A stretch of DNA of 64,000 bases from Dimorphilus gyrociliatus (taxonomy: Eukaryota; Animalia; Annelida), in the NCBI GenBank assembly GCA_904063045.1, contig CAJFCJ010000025.1, forward strand, positions 1,023,955 through 1,087,954, given 5' to 3'. Shown here in pieces: positions 26,501-38,623 of the stretch (position 1 is its first letter; each line of letters starts with the position of its first letter). The notes beneath the pieces are model-generated. The model was not told the origin of the DNA, made no database searches, and saw only the letters and a program-made list of their open reading frames with translations. The position numbers and the translations under genes are program-made.

Positions 26501-29500
26501 GCGACTTTTCAGATGAACTAGTCTGCGGTATAACACCTCCTTCATTCCTATTATTCATTTAATCTATTCCATTTCTTTCCTCTCCTCTTCCTATAGAAAC
26601 GGAATGCAAGAGATCTTTGCAAGAACAATGGTATATAGGGACGAGAAATGTTTCGCAAACTGGCAAAAAGTGTCTCTACTGGAGGAACATGTCAAACTCT
26701 TTCAAGATTCCCTATCGTTTCCCGGATGAAAGTCTGCAAAGTGCGGAGAATTATTGCAGAAATCCAACGAATAGAACGTTTGGTCCTTGGTGTTACGTTG
26801 ATAAAGAGAGTGAAATGTGGGAATACTGCAATATTCCTAAATGTTCAGGTTTGTAGAATCAATAAGTTGAATAATAAAGAAAGTAAAGGAAAGTTGCAAT
26901 CAGTTTTCCAAAGTTGTCAGTCGAACGAATTTCAATGCGCGAATGGAATGTGCATTGATAAAAAACACTTGTGCGACGGAGTAAACGACTGCAACGATAG
27001 ATCGGATGAAATGGAGATTTGTGGATCGGCGTACAACATCTCGTGTGATTTCAGTGATCGTTATATGTGTGGCTACACAGACGATAGTCCTAATTGGAAC
27101 TACAGATTTCAAAGGAAAGGTTCTTTTGATGGTTCAGTGCAATCAGTAATTCGGCTTTTAACTACAAAATGGGATGAGTGTTTTCATGAGGATACGGCTG
27201 GAATTGACTACGAAGGAAATGTACAAAAAACAGTTAATGGGATTACTTGTCAAATCTGGCGTGTTCAGTTTCCCAAAGCTCATCCCTTTTATCTTGATAG
27301 TTTTTTCCCAGAAAAAAATATAACAGAAGCTGAGAACTATTGCAGGTTCAGATTTAATAATAGTATATTGAATATTGCTTTATTTAAAAGGTTTATCTCT
27401 TTAAGGAATCCATCAAAAAGCGTTCCAAACTATGATCACCTTGCCAAACCTTTCTGCATATCTTCGAGGAGTGTTAACCAATCAGTCGGCGATTGTAACT
27501 TGAAAGTTTGCCAATGTAAATATTGTTTGCATTAATGAAGTGCTTGTTTAGTTAACTTTCTATTTAGATTCATTTCTGAAAACGAACTGGGGATTAAGCC
27601 AAGGTCATATTGCTAGAATAAATAGCCCTATTGTTAAAGGTGGTGTTGGTGATTCCTGTTTAGAATTTATATTTTTAATGATTGGCGAAAACGCAGGATC
27701 TTTAACTTTAATGTTTGTTGAAAAAGTTAATCCTGACTGTTTGAGTTGGAAATCTTTGATATTTCTTTTTTTTAGTTTAAATAATGAAAAAGGATCGAAT
27801 GTTTTATGGAAAGGAGAGGGAGATTATGGAAATACTTGGAAGATAGTATCTGTTAATATCAAATCAAATACCTCATTTTTTATAACGTTTTTAAGCGAAT
27901 CCGGAGAAAAGAATTCGGCAATAGCAATAGGAAAAATTTCGCTAAAGAATGACTCTTGCCGAAAGGACAGTCTGTATTGTTCGCTTTGACTTTCTATTGT
28001 TCTCCAACAAAATATCTTTGATAAAAACAGATTGTTCTGGAATGTTCCAGTGTAAAGATTCTTCCGTTTGTATTGATAAGAAAAGAGTTTGCGACGGTTT
28101 AACCGATTGCAAAGACAGTTCTGACGAAAATTCCTGTTCAAGTAAGCGAATGAGAAGAAAGAGAAAAAAAACAACAGGCTCTTTCATTATTGTATTCCAT
28201 TAATTCACTTTTCCCCCTTGTAGGCTGTTCAAACGACAATTTTCAATGCAAGAACGAAAGATGTATAAGTCTTTTTAAAATAGACGATGGAAGGAACGAT
28301 TGTTTCGATAATTCAGATGAGAATATTTCGTATTATTATCCGAAACTTGCGAAACTAATTTCAATGAAGAAAGAAGAAAACAACTCGAACGTTCATTCTT
28401 TTTCGAATAGAAACTGGAATAAAGATTACGTCTTCTCTAAAAAGGATTACGAACCGGATATTGAAGGTATTCTTATAATAAAAAAAGGAAAGAGGGACCG
28501 AGAAGAGGGAAGGAATGGGTGGATGAGTGAATGAGTGAATGAGTGAGTGAGTGAGTGAGTAGAAGAGAAAATGACAAGATAATTTGAAAAAAAAAAAGAG
28601 TCTATTAACGAACAGGTTTAGAATTTCGAAGTTTCCTTGAAAATTTATCCCATCAACGAGAAAATCTTATTTATGAGTAAAATTATTAAATTCAAATTTT
28701 GTGGTTTATTCAATTTACATAATAATATTTATCTTCTTCCTCTTCCTTAGTTGCTCTTGGCAGGGGAAAAGTTGCATTAGTCAAAATATTAATATGTCTA
28801 CTAAATTTACCGATCACGGTACGTGCGTTTCCATCAACGGAAACGAAGCGAATAGTAGTCTCTTTACTGAAGAATCGGGTACGTTTTGTCCATTCCACAT
28901 CTGCTAAGTGCATTTTTGATTAGATACTAACCCTAAAAGGGACTCAAGCGGGAATGAGCTTGACGCTTAACATCGAATCTTACGAATACATGATTGGTCC
29001 GCATAAGAATGAAGGAATAAAGGTTGAGAGCTTTTTACTTCAAGTCATAACGTTCCCCTTAGAGTTTAATTCTATCTTATTAAATACGAAAATATTATTC
29101 CCATATATTTAGGTTTATCTACATGACGCTAAAGAAAGTCCAAGAATCAATCACCTAGGTTTTTCTCTCGCCCCAGGATTTCACCATTCGATTGCTATCA
29201 AGAACACAAAAGTGATTTAAATTAAGGAAAGATCTATGAATAAGTGATTAACACTCTTAAATGATTTACCTTAAAGGTGTTTAATTTAGAAAAGCCTTGG
29301 GGAAGTTGTGGCGAAACAAAATTGAACCATTTTCAAGATTACTCCCCTAATAAATGTAATTTGGACTGTTCGATTTCTGATACCATAAGGAAATGTGGAT
29401 GTCTAGCCCCCTACATGAACAGCATCACTAGTAATACGACTGATTAGCTTATGTGGAGAAGGTAGTCTTTGAGGATTTATAGGCAAAAGAAATGAGTATG

Positions 29501-29983
29501 CCTCAACAACACAAAAAGGATTATTCCTATAGCGACTGTATAAAAATTGATTTATTAGGCATTTTCTTCCAGAAGGCTGTCAAATAATAAACTATAATCC
29601 TCATAAGCCTAATCTTCTTTTTCTTCTTTTTCTTTTCCTCCTATTCTACCTTTTTTTCTTTACATCTATAAAATATCCCAATAATGCAGAGGGTCAATTC
29701 TCTTTATCCTCGTTTTGTTGCAGATGATAATTATTGCGGTTATGAAAAATACTTTAACTGCATCGTACAGCACTGTAAGTAGGAATGTTACAGTATATCT
29801 ATTAGTATATGCAATTGTAGTTAGTATTAAAACGGCTTAAAATGAAAGGATTTTTTTGTTTGCAACAGCGGATGAGAGCGTTAATCTCTCCTTCAACGAA
29901 TCTTGTAAATGCCAACAAGCCTGCTATCAGAATATCTTTGAAGTTTGTTTGTTAAATTTTTTTGCTAAGATTATTACAGTGGG

Positions 29984-30022
<39 letters not shown>

Positions 30023-31888
30023 AGACAGACAGACAGACAGACAGACAAAAGGCGGAGAGAATAAAGATGGGTGGCGGAAGGGAAAGATTGGACAAATAAA
30101 ACTAATATATTTTTTTTCGTTAAGCCGGTAATTTCATCGTCGGCTTTGTCCGAACTGAGTGCCGAAAGAATTCTTCGTTTCGAGAACAAATCCCTTCAGA
30201 AGGCATACGAACAAGCTTTAGACGTTAGGGCAAGGTCAAGGATAAAGGAATATGAAGAAGAGGTTACAATATTTTTCAATTTGGCTAGCACATTCGAAAA
30301 CCTGCAAGAATTTCTAATGAAAAACATTCGAATAAATGTCGCCAGTGGAATATCGAATAAAATAAACAACGCTGTAGAATTTATTATCAAACAGACGAAC
30401 AACGATATCGAATTATTTAATAAAGTATTAAATTCAATATTTATCGATTTGAAAAGAAATTTAATCGATAAATTAAACGATTTAGAAGATTTAGTAAAAA
30501 GACTAAATATCCATCTGGATTTAATGTCCTTTACCGATAAATCTTACGAAATTCAAAGAAATATTTCATGGATGCTTCTAGATAAATTCAACAGAAAATT
30601 GAATAAATTTCATCATTTATTCATTGAAAAAGATATTTATAGAAGGAAAATTCCCATCTTAACGAACTGCTACAAGAATTTTGCGGTTCTCCAGCAAAAT
30701 ATTCATAATTTAATGACAGCTTTCTCCAATGATTCATTACGTAATAATATATCTAGTGAATTTCTTCTCGGCGTAAATCTGTATATAAATTGCTTTAAAG
30801 GGGTGGAAATTATCCTTGGAACATCCCTAAAGGAGATGGAGTTTGACAGTACATTCGAAAGCTTTTATAGTGGGAGAGATTGCGTTTACTCGAATATAGA
30901 AGTCGCAGACATTAACCAAGTAATTGAACAGGAGAAGGCGTTATTCATGGAGATATTTGAACTATATGTATCTGGTCAGAATTTAGTGAAATTGGGTTCC
31001 CAATATCCAATGTTCCTATTCGAAAAGTCGAAATCAACGGTTGACTCATTCTTCAATATAGTCAGATATAAATTTACTGAATTCTTTAAATTGGAATTAC
31101 ATAATCTTTTATTTCAAATACAACAGAGGTATTTAACCGTATTTCAGACAATTAGACGCCTTAATGGCATTCTCTCTGAGGATATTATACACGAATCAAT
31201 TAGAGAATTCTCGATATGGAAGAGAACTTGTATATCTTTAGAAAATAGGAAAATTAAATTCTTTCCAACAAGAATTAACATCTATCCAAATTTCTCAAAT
31301 TTCACTACGCTAAACGAAATTATTATTGATAATACAAACGTTTATTTTCAACCAATACAAACTGGTTTAACAAACTTTCAGAACGAAGTTGGTCAATATA
31401 TCGTTCAATTAAAAATCTCTTTATCAAACGTCCTTGAAATGTTTAATCTTTACAAGACAAAATCGAAGCTAGAAGCCAATTTTATCAGGTAAGAGAAGAG
31501 AGAGAGAGAGAGAGAGAATGCGTACATGCATGTTTTTAATTCCTTTCTTTTCCGTATTTAGAAAGAATTTTCTAATTGCTGATATATTCTTTGCTGAATT
31601 AAGCTATTCAAAAATCACTCAAAGAAGAGCTTTTACCTCTGAAGAACTTTTGGGTAGAACACATTTCCTTTCTTTTTATCTTTTCATGAATTTTACTAAC
31701 ATGTTTACAATATCTTCCTTTTTCTCTTCTCTCTCTCTCTCTCCCTCTCTCACTCACTCTCTTTTCTCCTAATAGGTAGTGTTGGAGGTTTTATGGGCCT
31801 ACTTCTGGGAGCAAGTGTCCTCACAGTATTTGAATTAATCGACTTGATAATCTACAACGTAATTGTGAAATTGACAGCCAAATTATAA
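20568..31888 (+). CDS. DEG/ENaC channel subunit with PAN/MAM/kringle/LDLa ectodomain array, paralog C (complete, multi-exon)
   Basis: Starts [26 protein letters not shown], then TM1 and [10 protein letters not shown]. Module order matches paralog B. Core motifs include [15 protein letters not shown] and [13 protein letters not shown]. Large exon 30125-31488; TM2 [26 protein letters not shown]; very short tail ending KLTAKL* at 31888. Confidence 0.92.
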
Positions 31889-32079
31889 TTACTTTAGCTG
31901 TTTTTCACATATTTGTATTTCTAATACTACATTTTAAAGACGACAAGCCGAGTAGCATTTAATCACTTCATCGATCAATCAATCAATCAATCAATTTGTT
32001 TATTCTATTAGAAAAGAAAAAACAAGGAAACAGGTTACAAAATTTAACAATAAATGAACGATGAGGGATAATAGAGAGG

Positions 32080-34176
32080 TTAAACAGTCGATGAATTATT
32101 ATGAACTTCCTGAATGTCTAATAGAGAGACTTCTCTGTATTTAACTCTCCATTTTCTTCTCAAATCCAATAGTTTTTTAAACACTCCGCATAACTTCATT
32201 GTTAATAAAATTATAAAGAGAAATATGATAAAGATTAAAGTGAATAGTGCTATTTTCAAAGTTGAAGAAAAGGTTGAATTATGACAATTCGATAACGTTC
32301 CATATAGTTTCCATAAGGAAAAATGCTGATATTCTAAAGGAGTTTTACAACGATAATGAACCGTTTGGGAGGTTTGTTTACTCTGAACGTCGGTACCGCT
32401 TTTATTCAGCCAATCCAGAAGGGGTTTTAGTTGGCACGAACAATGCCAAGGATTTTCCGAAAGATCAACCGTTTCTAAGAAAGGAATATCAATTAAATCT
32501 TCGGGATTAACGTTTCTTAATAGATTCCTTGATAATTGTAAATTTAAAAGAGATTTTAGCTGGAACAAATTGAGTTTTTGAAGGTTTTCAACTCTGTTCC
32601 CGTTTAATGACAAACGTGCTAGACGCCTCAAGTTTCTAGTTACAACTATCGATAAACTAGTTATTCGACACGAGTCCATAATTAGCTCTTGTAAGTAGGT
32701 GAATGAATTAAACAAAGAATTGTGCGGTTGGAAGCTATTGAGAGAATCTCCCAAGGGATTATAACTCAAATCGATTCGCTGTAATCTGTGTAGATTAACA
32801 CCAGGAGCTACTGGCACTTTGAAAATGTTGTTATGAGACAAGTTGAGCAGCTGTAAATGATCGTTTAAATCTCTCCAAAGAGAATTCGAAACAGACTTGA
32901 TTTTATTAGACGAAGCGTCGATATGCTGAATAGACGCCGCCCCAAAAGAGTTGATACTCTTCAGTTTGTTCGATGATATGTTTAAAAAAGTAATTTTCGA
33001 TCTTCTCAAAGCTTTACCATCGATAGTTTTCAATTTATTATTATTTAGATTAAATTCAATAACCGATTTACTATCTGTCATCCAGTTGGCAGGAATATAA
33101 CGAATTCTATTAAAACTAATATCAAGGTACTTGATATTCGTCGATAGAATATGAGAAATATCACTAATTCTATTCCCTTTCAAGTCTAACTTGTTCAATT
33201 TACGATTTTTCAAATATTCAATTCCTTTAATCATAGATAATCTATTATTGGATAGAATTAACTCTTCCAGATTCTGAATTGATTCAAACACCTGAGGTTC
33301 AATCGCCAATAGCCGACTGTTAGACGCTTCCAATGATTTCAAGTTTCTTAAGCGTTTAAATACTCTATTAGAAAATGTTGAACAATTCTTTAAATCGTTT
33401 AGACCCAACCATTCGAGGTTATTGTCCGCTGGAAGCATTTGAAACGTCTCTTCCAGATCTTTATCCGATAACAAATTACCGCCAATATTTAAATACGTCA
33501 ATTTGGGTAGATATACAAAGATATTGGAATGAATAAATCGGCAATTGCAATTGTTCATGTTGAGAAATCTTAGCGAAGAGTTTCCCAATGATTCAAAATC
33601 AGATTGTTCAATACTTTCCAGTTTGTTAAATCCAACGTCCAAATTGGATAATAGATTCAATTTAGCGTAGGAATAATCAAATTTTATGGACTTTAACAAA
33701 TTTCTAGATAAATTTAGCTCTCTTAGACTTGGAGCGAAATTATCGAGATTTATCGGTAGAGCGATTAGCTGATTTTCAGATAAATCAATAATTTGTAATT
33801 TTACAATCGAACTGCAATTTTCAAATATTAATTCTCTAATTGAATTTCGCGCTAAAATCAATTCGGTCAACTGGTATGCCCCATTAAATGACTTACAATT
33901 GACTTTCGTTAACAAATTCCCTTCCAGCGCTAAAAGCCCTAGATTAGTGGCGTTCTCAAGCCAGTTTTCTGGTAATAATTCAATTTGATTATTCGTCAAA
34001 TAAATTCTACTGGCTGATTTAATTTTGGGCGGAGAATCGATGGCCTGCTCGGAACAGTCGTAAATCGTCTTCTCACACCGACAATTCCTTGGACAAATTT
34101 CATTCGAACCAATTCTCCTCATTCCAATTGTTATGAAAAACCACATTTTTAAAATCATTCTTCCACAAATAATCAT
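32080..34176 (-). CDS. Intronless leucine-rich-repeat type I membrane protein (LRRNT, about 20 LRRs, LRRCT, TM, short tail, no TIR)
   Basis: The 729-aa ORF has a signal-like MIICGRMILKMWFFITIG, an LRRNT (CPRNCRC), repeated LxxLxLxxNxL, an LRRCT (NPWHCSCQLKPLLDWL..CKTP), a hydrophobic IALFTLIFIIFLFIILLTM segment and a tail of about 40 aa. The first 31 codons of the ORF are GA microsatellite, so the start is more likely 34176 or 34158. Confidence 0.88.
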   Translation of the reverse strand: MIICGRMILKMWFFITIGMRRIGSNEICPRNCRCEKTIYDCSEQAIDSPPKIKSASRIYLTNNQIELLPENWLENATNLGLLALEGNLLTKVNCKSFNGAYQLTELILARNSIRELIFENCSSIVKLQIIDLSENQLIALPINLDNFAPSLRELNLSRNLLKSIKFDYSYAKLNLLSNLDVGFNKLESIEQSDFESLGNSSLRFLNMNNCNCRFIHSNIFVYLPKLTYLNIGGNLLSDKDLEETFQMLPADNNLEWLGLNDLKNCSTFSNRVFKRLRNLKSLEASNSRLLAIEPQVFESIQNLEELILSNNRLSMIKGIEYLKNRKLNKLDLKGNRISDISHILSTNIKYLDISFNRIRYIPANWMTDSKSVIEFNLNNNKLKTIDGKALRRSKITFLNISSNKLKSINSFGAASIQHIDASSNKIKSVSNSLWRDLNDHLQLLNLSHNNIFKVPVAPGVNLHRLQRIDLSYNPLGDSLNSFQPHNSLFNSFTYLQELIMDSCRITSLSIVVTRNLRRLARLSLNGNRVENLQKLNLFQLKSLLNLQLSRNLLRNVNPEDLIDIPFLETVDLSENPWHCSCQLKPLLDWLNKSGTDVQSKQTSQTVHYRCKTPLEYQHFSLWKLYGTLSNCHNSTFSSTLKIALFTLIFIIFLFIILLTMKLCGVFKKLLDLRRKWRVKYREVSLLDIQEVHNNSSTV

Positions 34177-36933
34177 TTTTTTTCTTTCCTTTTTTTCCCC
34201 TCTCTTTCTCTCTCTCTCTTTCCCCCGCTCTGTCTGTCTCTCTCTCTCTTCCCGCCCCCTTCCCTCCACTTTTCTAGACGGTCGTAAACTTTTATAAAAT
34301 CAATTCTATCTCTTTATTCCTTACTTCTTTTGGGACCGACTTCTTGTTAAGGTCCATTAAAAATCATGTGCCTAGAATTAAATGAGAAAATGGCAAAGAT
34401 CTGTCGAATTATTTCTTTTCCTCTTCTCTATTCGGCAACGAAAACTTTCATTGTATTTTCTGTTTTCTCTCTTACTTCGTCTCCATATACAGCATCTGTC
34501 TAATTGTATATACAGTGTGTATATATACAGTATATATAGTATTTGTACTATATGAGCCAACCTTGCCATATAGATTTAATGAGCGGTTGAGCATGGGAAA
34601 TTAGGCAAGGATAATTTGCCTTGGCTGGCTCAGTGACTCCCAGTTCAAGGTAAAATGAGTCCTTCCTCTTATCACCTTTTCTTTCCTTTTATCCTTCAAT
34701 CCAATTTTTCTTTCCCTCTCTCTGGAATACGAATTCACTGACCTAGAATGATCGATAAACTATCTTTTAGACAAAAGAGAAAAATACAGAAAATAAAGCC
34801 CAAGACAAGGGTGGTGGAAGAGAGGAGGGGGAGGGAAGAGGACCTAGGTGAAAGAGCGCCATCTATAGTTGATTTTTGCTGAAGGCGACCAAAAAAAAAA
34901 TAGAATCATTGTACTACACAGTATATCATAGTATAAGAGAAGGTAATTAACTCTCTAACGTGAAATTGAATAGAAAGAAAATGTAATAGAGTTGTAATAA
35001 ACCATATTGAAAAGAAGAGAATCTGACAGAATAAGTTAATTAAGGAAGGATCAATAATAAAAGAAAAGAAAAGAAATACGGATATACAGTATATAAAATT
35101 TATATATACAGTATATACTATATACTATATATACTGTTTATATATATAATATAGTATACAATTATATACGACATATACATTATACCAGGCCAGCTTCTTA
35201 TCCCTGTATTTTCTTAATTAACAAAGAACTTGCCGAGTAGATTTAATACTGGAAACAACGTACTAATTACCTTGTTTCAACAGCAATAGTCTACTATACA
35301 GGAAATTTAAAAACTTGAAAGGGGACAACATAAAAGAGAAATGAAGAGGTAAGAGGGAGATAGAAAGAAAAAGATAAAGACAGTTTGTAAGAAATGCTTC
35401 TACTATAGCCCTATCTTGCAGGAAGTGTTTGTAGTTGCTGTAATGCAGTTTGTTCATTACGCTTTTACTTCTTTGTTTAACTAATTAAATAATTGATTTC
35501 TGTGGAAAATCTCCTTGTTACAATTTCTTATTTTTATTTATACAGTTTAAGAGAAGGATTGAGAGATTGCCTTAGTATACTCGACAAAGAACAAAGTATT
35601 AACCGTACGATATGTCAATCACGAATAATTCCAATTCCCCTCTTGAAAGCGTAGATATTTACCCCTCTAAAACAGTCAGTGAAAATATGCAGATGTACTG
35701 CAAAAAAAATTTGCCAATGGCTACGATTTTAGGCAGGGTTACAAGCTTTTGCAGTCGACTGATGTTGAATTGATTAGGTGTTGCGTCTCCTTCTTCTTTC
35801 TTCTTATTTTTATTTCCTACACTTGCTTATCTCTTTTCGACTCTGCTTGTCTTTTATAGAACGCTAGTTTTCTTTATCTGAAGGCCCTCTAAAGAGAAAG
35901 AGTACGAACAGTCTATTTGTCTAAAAATTCAATTTCGATTATTTTTTCTTCCTTACGCATGGTTACTGAACAAGCGGTTAATTTGCTGCCTCGTTGTTAG
36001 CGAGATAACTATACAGCTTTTATTCTTTTCAGATTCTTTCAAGAAGACACTAATCTTTATATTTTGCTGTCTTCTTTTTGACTTTTCTTTGGTGCTTTGT
36101 CTTCTATATATAGTAATATATTATATATATTTATGAATGGCCTAGTATAGTATGCCACAATATACTATATAATACTACACAATATATGATAATTCATAGG
36201 GAAATATAAACAGGAGAACGCATTTGTCAGGAAGCGTTCAAAATGAAATGGAAAGTTGATACATTCTCCATTAATAATAATAGGACTTAATGTAAATTAA
36301 AAAAAAAAAAAACAACAACCAAACCAGGAAGGAAGGAAGGGGAATAATTATCAAACCTTTATGGTTGGCTGACTATTGAAGAACATACCAATGACCGGCG
36401 CTTGTCAAACGACTCTGGATTAACTGTGCCTGCACACGAATGCGACGCCTAGCTAGGAAACCGACGATTGGCTAATAACATAGTAATTTCTAACATTTCT
36501 TAGGTTCTCTCCATTCGAGAATATAGAAATAAATTGCTAGGCCTTGCTTAACTAATATTAAAGGTAGTACAGTTATCCCATTGCTAAAATCTTATTACAG
36601 AAGCGAGATCGTTAACTTCAAAGAATCTCACCCAATCGAAGCTCCTTTTGCCCTTAGCCCGTTAATATTCTATCATTTTTTTTATTTCGATGCATAAATT
36701 GATAGTGCTAATTTTCTCCAATTTCCGTAAGAGAAACTAATACGTGACAAACTCATCCCTCAGCCTTACCAACTTCGGCCTCCGAGTAAACTTGAGAACT
36801 AAAGCAACACGTGACCTTTCTAGAAATCTGTCCGCGAAAGATATGCTAACACGTTTAGGGAATGAGATCGGGTGTTTTCGTTGTTTGTTTGCACAAAGCA
36901 GAAGAATAGGGAGAAGAGGGAGAAACAGAGAGA

Positions 36934-36967
<34 letters not shown>

Positions 36968-38147
36968 TAAAACGAGGGAGGAAAAGGAGAGCGACAAGAG
37001 GAAAGAGAAAAAAAATAAATCCTACACTTCTATTCCGTTGCGCTAGAAGATAAAAATTAGCCACGGCTCTTGGGAGTAAGAGATGGATCTGATATTTATC
37101 CTATATAAGATCATATACAATCCAAATAATCTCTATGGTGAGTATTGAATAAAGGGAAGAGCTATAAACTGTACCCGTACAAGTGTCTGCTGCCAAGTAT
37201 ATACAGTATATATATATATACTATAATTACTTGTTTCTTGTATGCAAACGCACGAAACCCTCTCTTCTCCCATAGACGTTCTTCGCTTGCCTTTTTTCGT
37301 CTCTGACAGGCCAGTGAATGAGCGTAAATTTTCTAAACCTACTCGACGTTTCCCTCCGCCCTCCTCCTTCTTTTCCCTCTCTGCTTCAGGGTTATCTTTA
37401 TCAATCTACACATCTATCAATCTCCATCCTCCCTTCACTCTGAAATTTCTTTTCTATTCGATTTGACTTTTCTCTACTGCTCACCGTCGAAAGCCTCATC
37501 AAATCAGCATTCGTTTTCTTTTTTTTCCTTCGTCTATCAATCAATAAATAAATATGTTGCATAGAAAATATAATAAAGCGACAAAGTTGAACTTGGTGAC
37601 TCGATCTACGGAAAAATCTCTTATTGATTACTCGCTAATGGCCTACTAACGAAGGCAAAAGAAAGCAATTCGTAATAATATTTTGACATTCGAATAACCT
37701 TCGCTGACCTCTATAAAAGGAGAAAGAACGCATGCAGATGAAAGAACGATTCGATATTCATAGAGTGCAGAGCCGAGTAAATGAAATAATATCAAGCAAA
37801 TTGGAAATTTTTACAATAATTTTGTCTTTTTACCATTATAAGACTTCATTTGAAAAGATTAGCAAATGGGGATTAAGCGACTCGCATATAAGATGGTAAG
37901 ACACTTAAGGAGACAGAAATAAGTTGGTTCTTTAGTCGACTAGAGAAAAAGACAGAGAGAATAGAAGAAAAGAATAGGGAGAGAGAGAGAGAGAGAGAAA
38001 GAGAAAAATATGAACAAATGCTAAGAGACGAAAAAAATAAAACTGCCCCACTGAATTTAATAATATTCGTTAAAGTCGTTAACATAGACCACTGTATACT
38101 TCTGCCAAATTGCCAAATTGAATCAAATAATAAAAGCGGTAACTTAA

Positions 38148-38249
38148 GCGCCATCTACAATTTTATTAGTCAAAACTTGCATTATAACAATTTCCAGTTG
38201 AGTAATTGCACATCAAATAAAAAATTGTCAGTAGAACGCCATCTACTGA
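38148..38249 (-). promoter_or_regulatory. CTCF-like motifs (TAGATGGCG); further ones at 34856-34865 and weaker ones at 44105-44215
   Basis: TCAGTAGATGGCGT (rc of 38236-38249) matches 12/14 of the CCASYAGRKGGCRS consensus; 38148 and 34856 match about 11/14. Confidence 0.35.
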
Positions 38250-38336
38250 CCAAATTTTCCATAGCTGCCAAACTCAATTTTCCGCTGGCGTCTCTTCTAA
38301 AAGCGTCTCTAGGCATTGCTCCTCATTTTCGTGTTT

Positions 38337-38422
38337 GACGTCACGGCCGTGGCATTCACCGCGTGCCTTAATATTCTTATCAAATCAAGGCTCGCACCGA
38401 ACACCGCGAACGGTATGACGTA
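38337..38422 (-). ncRNA. mir-124: mir-124 precursor hairpin (mature 3p at 38350-38370, 5p arm about 38384-38406)
   Basis: The reverse complement of 38350-38370 is UAAGGCACGCGGUGAAUGCCA, the conserved miR-124. The 5p arm GGUGUUCGGUGCGAGCCUUG pairs with it with two mismatches, around a loop of about 15 nt. Flanking ACGTCA/TGACGT extends the basal stem. Confidence 0.96.
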
Positions 38423-38623
38423 AATAAAAATATGTTGGTAAAATGAGGAAAGGAGGGTGCGATAGATAGATATAAAAGATAGAGATGAAGACAGGGCCGA
38501 GAGAGATCTTCCCCAACATCACTTAAGGCAGATTACCAGTTCCACTATTAAAATATCTGAAAGATGTACCAATTAGTGAGATGAATGTCTATCGTCGGCG
38601 AGCTTTCACTAAACAATTTTCAA

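Noticed and set aside
32080-34269. Toll-like receptor call, and the start at 34269
   Set aside because: There is no TIR domain after the TM, and the first 31 codons are translated GA microsatellite.
38337-38344. TGACGTCA as a CRE site
   Set aside because: It pairs with ACGTCA-containing sequence (about 38415-38422) as the basal stem of pri-mir-124, which explains it.
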